Origin: a bacterium
GTDB taxonomy: Bacteria; Zhuqueibacterota; Zhuqueibacteria; Residuimicrobiales; Krinioviventaceae
Direction of reading: 5' to 3'
Assembly: GCA_963675755.2 (NCBI GenBank)
Contig: CAXXMD010000003.1
Coordinates: 576,001-640,000, forward strand
Length of the DNA stretch: 64,000 nt
Position 1 is the stretch's first letter. Each line of letters opens with the position of its first letter. The notes beneath the pieces are model-generated. The model did no database searches and was not told the DNA's origin. It saw only the letters and a program-made list of their open reading frames with translations. The position numbers were made by a program, and so were the translations under genes. This document shows, piece by piece, positions 1 to 8,493 of this stretch.

Positions 1-2366
1 CGATTTTCAATAGCCGGTACCGGCTGTTGCTTGCATAAGGGATTCGGATTCTCTCCTTTAGCGGATTCAAAAGCTCCTGATGATAACAATTGCAGCGGAA
101 CCGCGCTCTTGATTCGGCAGTTGCCGCCAAGAGGAGATTTAACCAGCACACTATCCATTGCACCATCCCGCCATTTCACATCAAATTCAAAACCTCCACG
201 GGCCTTGAGTCCGCTGAATCCACCATTTGCCCATGCATCCGGCAATGCAGGTAAAAGATGTATCTCACCGGCATGGCTTTGCATCAACATCTCGGTTATA
301 CCCGCGCAGCCGCCAAAGTTACCGTCAATCTGGAACGGCGGATGGGTATCGAATAAATTGTACAATGTGGATTTGGCAAGCAGAGCCACCAGATTTTCAT
401 AAGCGCGTTCAGGTTGCAGCAACCGGGAGAAAAAGCTGATAATCCAGGCCCGGCTCCATCCTGTATGTCCACCGCCATTTGCCAAACGATAATCAAGTGT
501 ATTGATTGCAGCCTGTGCAAGCTCCGGTGTATGCGGCCAGGTAATCTGCCGTCCGGGATGTAGTCCAAACAAATGCGAAACATGCCGATGTCCGGGTTCC
601 ACTTCTTTAAATTCGTGCGGCCATTCCATTATACGGCCGTCTTTACCAATACGGATGGGTGTAAGCTGTTTACGCAGATCAACCAATTCATTATGAAATT
701 CAGCATCTGTACCCAACACATCGGCTGCTTCAATACAGTTGCTGAACAGATCATAAATGATCTCGGTATCTACAGTGGTCCCCATATTCAAAAATGCAAC
801 TTCACCGGACGGACCATAAAACCTGTTTTCGGGTGAACCCGAAGGGCCTGTTACCAAGTAACCGGTTTTGGGATCTTTGACCATATAGTCTACAAAGAAC
901 AAGGCCGCCTCTTTCATAATGGGATACGCTTCCTGTAAAAAAGCCTTATCACCGGTATACAGGTAATGCTCCCACAAATGCTGACTGCACCAGCCAATAC
1001 TCATGGGCCACATGCCGTATTGAATATTACCAATGGGTTCTGTCCACCACCACACATCTGTAGTATGGTTGGCGGTAAACCCTCTGCTGTTATATACATG
1101 TTTGGCAGTTCTGCGTCCGCTTGCGCGCAAACTGTCAATCAATGCAAAAAATGGAGTATGACACTCGCTCAGGTTGGTGACCTCCGCGGGCCAATAGTTC
1201 ATCTGAATATTGATATTGATATGATAATCCGAGTTCCAGGGCGGTGTTAAACCATCCACCCAAATACCCTGCAAATTGGCCGGCAGACATCCGGGACGTG
1301 AACTGCTCATCAGCAGATAACGCCCATATTGAAAATACAGCGTCTCTAACCAGTGGTCCTGTTGACCGTTTTTGACATTCTCTAACCTCTGGTTCGTGGG
1401 GATATCATCCTGAAAAGTATCAGTCAGTTGTAATTTTACACGACCGAACAACTCCTGGTGTGCCTTTATATGATCGTTTTTAACGGATTTTAAATCTTTA
1501 TTAACACCCTGCATGTTTTTTTCACATAAAACATGTGGGTCCTCTCCTCTATAATTTGTAGCCGCGGCCAGATACAGCACCAGGGAATCCGCGTTTTTCA
1601 CCGACAATGTCCTGGCACCTGCCTGAAGCGTGCCACCGGCAGGTATTGCTTTTAATTGCGATTCATAACGAACACCTTTACCATTTCCGTCAGTAACATG
1701 CCCGGCCATGATCAGCATATCATTTCCCTCAGCTTTGACATCAAATTCAGCGGGACGGTCAATCGCCAAATCCACTGTAATCTTGCCTGGTTTGTCGGAT
1801 GTCAGTACCACAACAATCACCTGATCAACAGGCGATGAAAAGACCTGTCGTTTATATTTTACGCCATCCACAACATATTCAACACCAGCAATAGCGTCAT
1901 CAAGCGATAAAGATCGTTTATAATCAGTATATGTTCCGTGCCCCGGGAACGTTAATTTCAGATCACCCAGGGTTTGATAGGTATGGTAATTGTTATCGTA
2001 ACGAGGCCCCATCACTTTGTCTTGCATTACTTTTTCGGCCTCGTTATATTTGCCGTCAAAGAGTAATTTGCGGGCCTCCTGAACGTATTTCCAGGCATCC
2101 TCCTGCAGGCGACTGGTCTTTTCTCCGGTCCAAATCGACTCTTCGTTCAATTGCACACGCTCATGCTCAACCGTGCCATATACCATTGCCCCCAAGCGGC
2201 CGTTACCAATAGGCAATGCTTCAATCCATTGGCTTGCGGGTTCTGTATACCACAAGGTTAAATCAGGTTGATTAATGCTTAACGTCTCTATAGTATTGCC
2301 AGACATTCCACAATTAACTGACAAACAGCAAATTGTGATCAATAAAAAACCCAAGTATCGTTTCAT
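1..2366 (-). CDS. GH95 alpha-1,2-L-fucosidase (3' end runs off the window; absent from the ORF track)
   Basis: Manual translation from ATG 2366: MKRYLGFLLITICCLSV...LWYTEPASQWIEALPIGNGRLGAMVYG...VQLNEESIWTG; internal YFQYGRYLLMSSSRPGCLPANLQGIW...PPWNSDYHININIQMNYWPAE, typical of GH95. Confidence 0.93.
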   Translation of the reverse strand, partial: MKRYLGFLLITICCLSVNCGMSGNTIETLSINQPDLTLWYTEPASQWIEALPIGNGRLGAMVYGTVEHERVQLNEESIWTGEKTSRLQEDAWKYVQEARKLLFDGKYNEAEKVMQDKVMGPRYDNNYHTYQTLGDLKLTFPGHGTYTDYKRSLSLDDAIAGVEYVVDGVKYKRQVFSSPVDQVIVVVLTSDKPGKITVDLAIDRPAEFDVKAEGNDMLIMAGHVTDGNGKGVRYESQLKAIPAGGTLQAGARTLSVKNADSLVLYLAAATNYRGEDPHVLCEKNMQGVNKDLKSVKNDHIKAHQELFGRVKLQLTDTFQDDIPTNQRLENVKNGQQDHWLETLYFQYGRYLLMSSSRPGCLPANLQGIWVDGLTPPWNSDYHININIQMNYWPAEVTNLSECHTPFFALIDSLRASGRRTAKHVYNSRGFTANHTTDVWWWTEPIGNIQYGMWPMSIGWCSQHLWEHYLYTGDKAFLQEAYPIMKEAALFFVDYMVKDPKTGYLVTGPSGSPENRFYGPSGEVAFLNMGTTVDTEIIYDLFSNCIEAADVLGTDAEFHNELVDLRKQLTPIRIGKDGRIMEWPHEFKEVEPGHRHVSHLFGLHPGRQITWPHTPELAQAAINTLDYRLANGGGHTGWSRAWIISFFSRLLQPERAYENLVALLAKSTLYNLFDTHPPFQIDGNFGGCAGITEMLMQSHAGEIHLLPALPDAWANGGFSGLKARGGFEFDVKWRDGAMDSVLVKSPLGGNCRIKSAVPLQLLSSGAFESAKGENPNPLCKQQPVPAIEN

Positions 2367-2450
2367 AATACCCTCAATTTTATGTATTTGTAATGTAAAA
2401 AAAATACATATAAAAAACATCTTTGAATTATTTTTTCACTGAAATATTAC

Positions 2451-2479
2451 TTGCATTGTGGCAAGTCAAGTGGTATATT
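2451..2479 (+). promoter_or_regulatory. Putative sigma70 promoter of the phosphoesterase-mgl operon
   Basis: TTGCAT-17 bp-TATATT with TG extension, ~40 bp upstream of TTG start 2519. Confidence 0.55.
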
Positions 2480-2518
2480 TCTTTATTTATTAATAGTTTT
2501 GAGAAAACAGGACAATTT

Positions 2519-3247
2519 TTGAAGTACGCAATAATATCCGACATTCACAGCAATCTGGCCGCACTCGAACAGGTACTAGAGTATATCCATAATGAAAAAT
2601 GCGACAGCACCATTTGCCTTGGTGATATTGTAGGATATGGCCCGCATCCCAATGAATGTATTCAGCTTGTTCGCGATTATACGGATATCGTCATTGCCGG
2701 CAATCATGATTATGCCGCCGCCGGCCTGACAAATATGGATTATTTTAACGTCTATGCTAAAAAAGCAATGGATTGGACCATTGCCAACCTCAAAGATGAA
2801 TATACGGAATATCTCAGGTCACTGCCTCTAACCGCGGGAATAGACCAGGCATATCTGGTTCATGCGGCGCCCATGTCCCCTGAAAAATGGGGCTATATTT
2901 TCACTCCATATCAGGCGCAGTTGAACTTTGAACATTTTTCAGAACGTTGTTGTTTTATTGGTCATTCGCATTTACCCATTATTTTTCAGAATAACGACAA
3001 CGAAGAACCGGTTACAATTTATGATACTAAATTGGAACTTGAAAAGGACAAGAGATATATAATAAACGTCGGCAGTGTTGGACAACCGAGAGACCACCAA
3101 CCCACCGCTGCTTTTGGTATTTTAGATACTGACAACGCTTTTTTTCATATCGTTCGTGTTGAATATGATGTGTATACTACGCAAAAAGCAATGATGGCGC
3201 GTGACTTTCCTGAATTTCTCATAGAACGCCTAAAACATGGCAGGTAA
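2519..3247 (+). CDS. Calcineurin-like metallophosphoesterase
   Basis: Motifs SDIHSN, GDIVGYG, GNHD, GHSH, INVGSVGQPRD; probable TTG start at 2519 (LKYAII). Confidence 0.9.
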   Translation: MKYAIISDIHSNLAALEQVLEYIHNEKCDSTICLGDIVGYGPHPNECIQLVRDYTDIVIAGNHDYAAAGLTNMDYFNVYAKKAMDWTIANLKDEYTEYLRSLPLTAGIDQAYLVHAAPMSPEKWGYIFTPYQAQLNFEHFSERCCFIGHSHLPIIFQNNDNEEPVTIYDTKLELEKDKRYIINVGSVGQPRDHQPTAAFGILDTDNAFFHIVRVEYDVYTTQKAMMARDFPEFLIERLKHGR

Positions 3248-3261
3248 CGAATTATTAGTAT

Positions 3262-3792
3262 ATGGTGGAACCCGATATGGAAACAAATCACAAAGAAGCT
3301 TTTAATAACCGCATCGTTTTTTCTGAAAAGACCTATCAAAACATTATCAGCATCTTGACTGAACTGCGCACACGCCTCAACGCCAAAATCACAATTTTTG
3401 CGGATATGAACGGGTATCCTATCGGATATGATGAAACGGTACCCGCAATTGACATCACTTCACTTACGGCTCTTGCGGCGGGTACATTCTCAGCAACATC
3501 CGAAATGGCAAAAATGGTACAGGAACAGGATAAATTTCGTTTTATTTATCTTGAAGGCAAAGAGAATAATATTTACATGTGCAATGTTAGTAAAGATTAC
3601 CTGATCATTGTCTTGTTCGACAAGAGTGTTGCAATGGGTATGGTAAGAATTCTTACCCACAATACAGTTGAAAAACTGTCAAAAATATTGGATGAACTGT
3701 CAATGGAGAACCAACAGGCATCCAAATACATAGACATAGAGTTTAAATCTATGCTTAATAAAGAATTGGATAAATTTTTCGGAATTGACTAG
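3262..3792 (+). CDS. mglB: Roadblock/LC7 protein, MglB-like GTPase partner
   Basis: ADMNGYPI...DITSLTALAAGTFSATSEMAKMV...LIIVLFDKSVAMGMVR; lies directly upstream of mglA. Confidence 0.8.
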   Translation: MVEPDMETNHKEAFNNRIVFSEKTYQNIISILTELRTRLNAKITIFADMNGYPIGYDETVPAIDITSLTALAAGTFSATSEMAKMVQEQDKFRFIYLEGKENNIYMCNVSKDYLIIVLFDKSVAMGMVRILTHNTVEKLSKILDELSMENQQASKYIDIEFKSMLNKELDKFFGID

Positions 3793-3798
3793 TTTTAT

Positions 3799-4371
3799 AT
3801 GTATATAGATCAAAACAGACAAGAAATACAGTTCAAAATTGTATATTATGGGCCGGGTTTGGGTGGTAAAACAACAAACCTGGAATATATCCATGCCAAT
3901 ATTGATCCCTCAATTCGTGGTGAACTGGTTAGCCTGAAAACCAAAGACGAGCGCACGCTCTATTTTGATTTCATGCAGCTAGAACTGGGACAAATCAAAA
4001 ACAAAAAACCACGTTTCCATCTCTATACAATCCCCGGACAATTGCATTACAGCTTTAGCCGTAAAATCATCTTGCGCGGTACTGATGCCGTAGTCTTTGT
4101 TGCAGATTCCCAACCCCTGCGAATGGATGACAATCTTGATACCCTGCTTGACCTGGAACAAAAGCTGATTGATCAGGGCGCTTCACTGGATTCTTTTCCA
4201 TGGGTTATGCAATATAACAAAAGAGACCTCGCCAATTCCATGAGTATTGATGAAATGCAGTCTAAACTTAATTTTTTAAACGTTCCCTATCACCAGGCCA
4301 TTGCAACAAAGGGAAACGGAGTTTTTGAAACTCTGAAAACAGCCATCCAACTGGTTATAGAAAAAATGTAG
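3799..4371 (+). CDS. mglA: MglA-family small GTPase
   Basis: KIVYYGPGLGGKTTNL (G1), ERTLYFDF, LYTIPGQ (G3), QYNKRDL (G4). Confidence 0.93.
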   Translation: MYIDQNRQEIQFKIVYYGPGLGGKTTNLEYIHANIDPSIRGELVSLKTKDERTLYFDFMQLELGQIKNKKPRFHLYTIPGQLHYSFSRKIILRGTDAVVFVADSQPLRMDDNLDTLLDLEQKLIDQGASLDSFPWVMQYNKRDLANSMSIDEMQSKLNFLNVPYHQAIATKGNGVFETLKTAIQLVIEKM

Positions 4372-4379
4372 AGGAAGAC

Positions 4380-4814
4380 ATGCCAGGCTTTCCCAAAAAC
4401 GGAAAAAATACACCGCACCATCACCAAAACAACTCGATACAAGTTAAAATAGAAACCATACTGACTAACCTGGTTAATAGCGGTCTTTACGATGCCATCT
4501 ATTTGTTTGACGAAACCGGCTTGCCCATCGTTCAACGAAAGAAAAGCCAATCCTTTAGTCATGACATTGAAACCGTTGAAGTTACCACGCTTATGAATCA
4601 GATCAAATCTTCAACAACACGTATTGAAGAATTTGAAAAACTGAACGAGATCATTATTGAAAGCAGTACCGGTAAAAGACTAATCTTTCGGTTTATTGAC
4701 TTTTTTGGACAAACAGCTACCCTGGTTGCAATCATCCCCCAGGGAAAAAGCTACCGAAACATGACCAATAATCTGCTGCGTACCCTTGACCGCTTGACAG
4801 AATCGGAATTGTAG
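4380..4814 (+). CDS. Second divergent roadblock/longin-like protein
   Basis: DAIYLFDETGLPI roadblock-like motif, 144 aa, directly after mglA. Confidence 0.55.
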   Translation: MPGFPKNGKNTPHHHQNNSIQVKIETILTNLVNSGLYDAIYLFDETGLPIVQRKKSQSFSHDIETVEVTTLMNQIKSSTTRIEEFEKLNEIIIESSTGKRLIFRFIDFFGQTATLVAIIPQGKSYRNMTNNLLRTLDRLTESEL

Positions 4815-4817
4815 AGC

Positions 4818-6140
4818 ATGGCAGAGCCCGCAATTCAACGCAAACCCAAACGCATTTCTACAACCGCGTGGATACTTTACGATCTGGCGAACACAGCCTA
4901 TTCCATGAATGTGGTTTCACTCTATTTCAGCACATGGATTATTTTAACATTTCAGATGAGCGACATCTGGGTATCGCTTGTCAATTCACTATCCATGTTG
5001 TTTGTTGCTTTTACCATGCCGGTTTTGGGAGACTGGTCAGATATTAAACAAAAGAAATTAAAGGGATTAATGCTGTTCTCCCTTATCTGTATCAGTGGAA
5101 CAGCCATTATTGGACTCTTGGGCCTTACCCTGAAATCCACCGCAATACTTTTACCCATGGTTTTAATCATCTATATTGTTACTAACTATAGTTACCAGGG
5201 CGGACTCGTTTTCTACAATGCCCTAATGCCCGCTGTCAGCACCCCAAAAAATATGGGACGTGTTTCCGGTTACGGTACAGCTATTGGCTACATGGGAACC
5301 ATTCTGGGACTTATGGTGGCGCGCATTTTTGTGGAAGGCGATTTTTTCGGACTCACTTTACCCGGTGTACAAGCCGGAGGTCCCGGGGCCGCATTTATCC
5401 CCACTGCTGTTCTGTTTCTTGTATTTGCGCTGCCGGTATTCTTTTTGGTGGATGAATCTTTAATACCCGCACCCAAACAAAAAGAGTGGAAAATCAAGGC
5501 CTCTTATAAAAAAGTGATCAACAACATCAGAGATACGCAAGAACATCCCGGATTATTACGCTTTCTCATCTCCCGGCTGCTGTATCAGGACAGTGTAGCC
5601 ACAATCATTATCTATATGGGTGTATTTACGCAGGTGGTTATGGATTTTACCCTGAACGAAGCGTCACTGTTTATGATCATCCTAACACCTTTTGCTATTA
5701 TAGGATCAGCAATTTGTGGTATTTTGACCGACCATTACGGCCCTAAAAAAGTTCTTACCGTGGTAATCGTTTTTTGGGTGATTAGTCTTGCGGTAATCAT
5801 CATTTCATCCAACCGCACCCTGTTCTGGATCATGGGAGCCATCATTGGCATTCTGTTGGGATCGGTAGAGACCTCATCCCGCCCCTTACTCATTACCCTT
5901 GCACCGCGGGAAAAAATGGGCGAGTTTTTCGGGATCTATGCACTATCGGGAAGATTGGCGGCCATAATCGGTCCACTGGTATGGAGCGCGGTAACATTTT
6001 CATTTGGCGCCTTTGGTGATGTGTTTAAATTCAAAGCTGCCATAGGCGCACTGGCTATAATCATGATTTTGGGACTCTTGGTACTGCTGCCGGTCCCGGA
6101 TTTTCATAAAAAAGTTAAAAAATTACACGTTCAAAGCTAA
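4818..6140 (+). CDS. MFS transporter (UMF1/Atg22-like)
   Basis: About 12 hydrophobic segments; AWILYDLANTAY, FYNALMP, GEFFGIYALSGRLAAIIGP. Confidence 0.88.
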   Translation: MAEPAIQRKPKRISTTAWILYDLANTAYSMNVVSLYFSTWIILTFQMSDIWVSLVNSLSMLFVAFTMPVLGDWSDIKQKKLKGLMLFSLICISGTAIIGLLGLTLKSTAILLPMVLIIYIVTNYSYQGGLVFYNALMPAVSTPKNMGRVSGYGTAIGYMGTILGLMVARIFVEGDFFGLTLPGVQAGGPGAAFIPTAVLFLVFALPVFFLVDESLIPAPKQKEWKIKASYKKVINNIRDTQEHPGLLRFLISRLLYQDSVATIIIYMGVFTQVVMDFTLNEASLFMIILTPFAIIGSAICGILTDHYGPKKVLTVVIVFWVISLAVIIISSNRTLFWIMGAIIGILLGSVETSSRPLLITLAPREKMGEFFGIYALSGRLAAIIGPLVWSAVTFSFGAFGDVFKFKAAIGALAIIMILGLLVLLPVPDFHKKVKKLHVQS

Positions 6141-6146
6141 AAAAGC

Positions 6147-6175
6147 TTGACTCGAATATAAAAATACCTTATATT
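6147..6175 (+). promoter_or_regulatory. Putative sigma70 promoter for small membrane gene and tRNAs
   Basis: TTGACT-17 bp-TATATT. Confidence 0.6.
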
Positions 6176-6188
6176 TACTTCTGTGACT

Positions 6189-6455
6189 ATGGACAAAAAA
6201 AGTACAAAACCAAACACAGCCAAAAAGTCGAATAAAACCTTTTTGGATTTTTCAGCCCGCAACTATCAAATTTTCGGAGCTGCGTTGGTTGTAATCGTTT
6301 TGGGTTATTTTGCAATGGCCCAACCCCCTGCGGAAGGTGCTATGTCTTTGACAGTTGCTCCCATTCTGCTGGTCATTGGTTACTGTATTTTGATTCCTTT
6401 GTCTATTTTCTGGCGCCCTAAAAAGCAAGCCAGTGCCACAACAATGGGCGATTAG
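6189..6455 (+). CDS. Small 2-TM membrane protein (DUF3098-like)
   Basis: NYQIFGAALVVIVLGYFAM...SLTVAPILLVIGYCILIPLSI; last codons overlap tRNA-Val. Confidence 0.75.
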   Translation: MDKKSTKPNTAKKSNKTFLDFSARNYQIFGAALVVIVLGYFAMAQPPAEGAMSLTVAPILLVIGYCILIPLSIFWRPKKQASATTMGD

Positions 6456-6520
6456 CTCAGTTGGTCTAGAGCACCTGCCTTACAAGCAGGGGGTCGCTGG
6501 TTCGACTCCAGCATCGCCCA
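6446..6520 (+). tRNA. tRNA-Val (anticodon TAC)
   Basis: GGGCGAT/ATCGCCC acceptor stem, TAGCTCAGTTGG D arm, CCTGC-CTTACAA-GCAGG anticodon arm, GGTTCGACTCC T arm; no encoded CCA. Confidence 0.96.
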
Positions 6521-6601
6521 CAGCCGCAAGGCACATCAAGATAAAAGATTTTTATTGCATCTTGATAAAAAAAGCACTAAGTTGTTAGTGCAAACCCAAA
6601 C

Positions 6602-6678
6602 GGGGTCGTGGTGCAGATGGTTAGCACATCGGCCTGTCAAGCCGAAGGTCGCGGGTTCAAGTCCCGTCGGCCCCGCCA
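6602..6678 (+). tRNA. tRNA-Asp (anticodon GTC); integration site
   Basis: GGGGTCG/CGGCCCC acceptor stem, TCGGC-CTGTCAA-GCCGA anticodon arm, GGTTCAAGTCC T arm, G73 plus CCA. Confidence 0.96.
6628..6676 (+). repeat. attL, 49-bp direct repeat (3' part of tRNA-Asp)
   Basis: ATCGGCCTGTCAAGCCGAAGGTCGCGGGTTCAAGTCCCGTCGGCCCCGC, identical to 29168-29216. Confidence 0.95.
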
Positions 6679-6759
6679 TAAATTAAGCAGAATCAATCGA
6701 TTACAGTGATTACTCACTCGGCTTAATTTACATCAATTAGTACCAGTTTGTACCTCTAC

Positions 6760-6779
6760 TTGGCACAAATCTGGCACAC
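6760..6779 (+). repeat. Putative integrase arm-type sites (left)
   Basis: TTGGCACAAATCTGGCACAC, 19/20 identical to 29068-29087; tandem TGGCACA. Confidence 0.7.
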
Positions 6780-6785
6780 AAAATC

Positions 6786-6814
6786 AAGCCCTTGCAAATC
6801 GCAGGGGCTTTTTT
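6786..6814 (+). terminator. Intrinsic terminator downstream of tRNA-Asp, inside the island
   Basis: AAGCCCTTGC-AAATC-GCAGGGGCTT followed by a T run. Confidence 0.75.
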
Positions 6815-7188
6815 ATTTTCATTGATAGAATTCTCAGGTATATAAAAAACCCTATCCCCTTTTTTAGGGGGGGTAGGGTGTTGGGCTTTAGGGTCATCCA
6901 AATTGTTCGACGAGTTTTTTGAAATTGTATAAATATACATTATTAGTTTGAAATATAAATTAGATGCTATTAATTATATCCTGGACACAACAAAAAGAAA
7001 GACTGAAAGTTACCCGAAAAATCTAACACGGAGAGAAGCTCGTTTATGATTAAACTGATTTACAAAGTTATCAGGTGTATTTAATTCAAACTTAAATGAA
7101 TACGATTGTATTTATAAATAATCCCAAGAAGTTTTTATTATAGGTTAAAATGGACCAATTTTAGGATTTAAAGATATTAAAATTATTA

Positions 7189-8211
7189 TTAATTGCTTTT
7201 TAAATCATTTAAGTGTTTTAAGTTTTCTTTATACCAATGTTCAAATTCAGGAGGTCGTGGTTCTGGACACTTTTCAAAAATAATATTTGCTTCCTCTCTA
7301 TGCATTATTGCTGTTTTAATATCGTTCAATTTTCCAAATTGTTCTCCAATAAAACTTTTAATTTTTGCTTTTTCCAAATATAGGTTTGGATTTGTTTGTG
7401 TTTTTGTATCAAAATCAAGCATCTTATAGGCTTTTTCCAAATTAGCTGTTCCCAATGTTAACATATTCTTACCACCCCAATGGCCTTGTGCTATTCCCAA
7501 GTTCATAAAAGGCATAAAATGATTGGGATCATTATAAGTTGCAATAGTTGAAAAGAAAATTGAACGATTTAATCTTTCAAGGTCATTAAATCCCCACTCC
7601 TCTCTTGGGATATCATAATCTTTATATGACAAATATAGAAAACCCAAAAAGGAAGCAGCAACCCAGTTATTATTATCAGCATCATATGCTTTATGATATT
7701 GTATTAATGATTCATTATATCTTTTTTGATTAAATAATGAAAAGGCACGTTGTGCATAATAGCGAGAAATGTTTTCCGTTTTTATTTCTGCAGAACTTCC
7801 ATCTGGCGTATTAATTGATCCAAAATAATTATTTACTTGATTATTTTGTTGATTAACTTGTAAAAATGTTAAAATAGATTCTCGAAGATTATCAATTGAT
7901 TTCTCTAGATTCTTTAAATTTATTTTTAAAAAATTTCCAACACTCAAACTTTCAATAAAAGGCAAAAAAAGTAAACCAATAAAAAGGAATAAAAGTGTAA
8001 TACCATAAAACGAATTGATTCTTTCAAAATCATTAATAAATACTGTAAATACAATAATTAAAGAGAATAACCAAATAAACACAAAAGCACGTTTTTTTTT
8101 ATCGTTTCTTATTTCAAAAGGTATCAATAAAAATAAACCCAATGGATATAAAATCATTACTGTTATAAGTAATAATACTATTACTTGTGGCCATGTTGGT
8201 AATAAAAACAT
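7189..8211 (-). CDS. Membrane protein with three N-terminal TM helices and C-terminal TPR-like repeats
   Basis: Hydrophobic helices in aa 8-86; YYAQRAFSLFNQKRYNESLIQYHKAYDAD and DPNHFMPFMNLGIAQ are TPR-like. Confidence 0.7.
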   Translation of the reverse strand: MFLLPTWPQVIVLLLITVMILYPLGLFLLIPFEIRNDKKKRAFVFIWLFSLIIVFTVFINDFERINSFYGITLLFLFIGLLFLPFIESLSVGNFLKINLKNLEKSIDNLRESILTFLQVNQQNNQVNNYFGSINTPDGSSAEIKTENISRYYAQRAFSLFNQKRYNESLIQYHKAYDADNNNWVAASFLGFLYLSYKDYDIPREEWGFNDLERLNRSIFFSTIATYNDPNHFMPFMNLGIAQGHWGGKNMLTLGTANLEKAYKMLDFDTKTQTNPNLYLEKAKIKSFIGEQFGKLNDIKTAIMHREEANIIFEKCPEPRPPEFEHWYKENLKHLNDLKSN

Positions 8212-8493
8212 TTCAACCTCACATTATTAGGATAATTAATTTCCAAGAACATGCGTTAAACTGTCTTTTTTGAAATAATTCGTTTGTAAAGAATCTTTAT
8301 ATGATATTTCTCTTTATTAATTCCGTTTTTCTCCTGCCATAATATGCCTCTCCTTTCTCCATCTTTTGGCTAAATAGTATCTCTTATGGAAATCAGTAAA
8401 ACATTCCACATAGTTCTGAATGGTTACAATTGATTAATTATTCAACATGTTGGTAAATGGAAATAAACATTAAAGCCTCGAAAAGTATTAAAA

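Noticed and set aside
31-2212. Short ORFs listed in the track for the first 2.3 kb
   Set aside because: They are shadows of the minus-strand GH95 gene, which the track misses because its stop codon lies outside the window.
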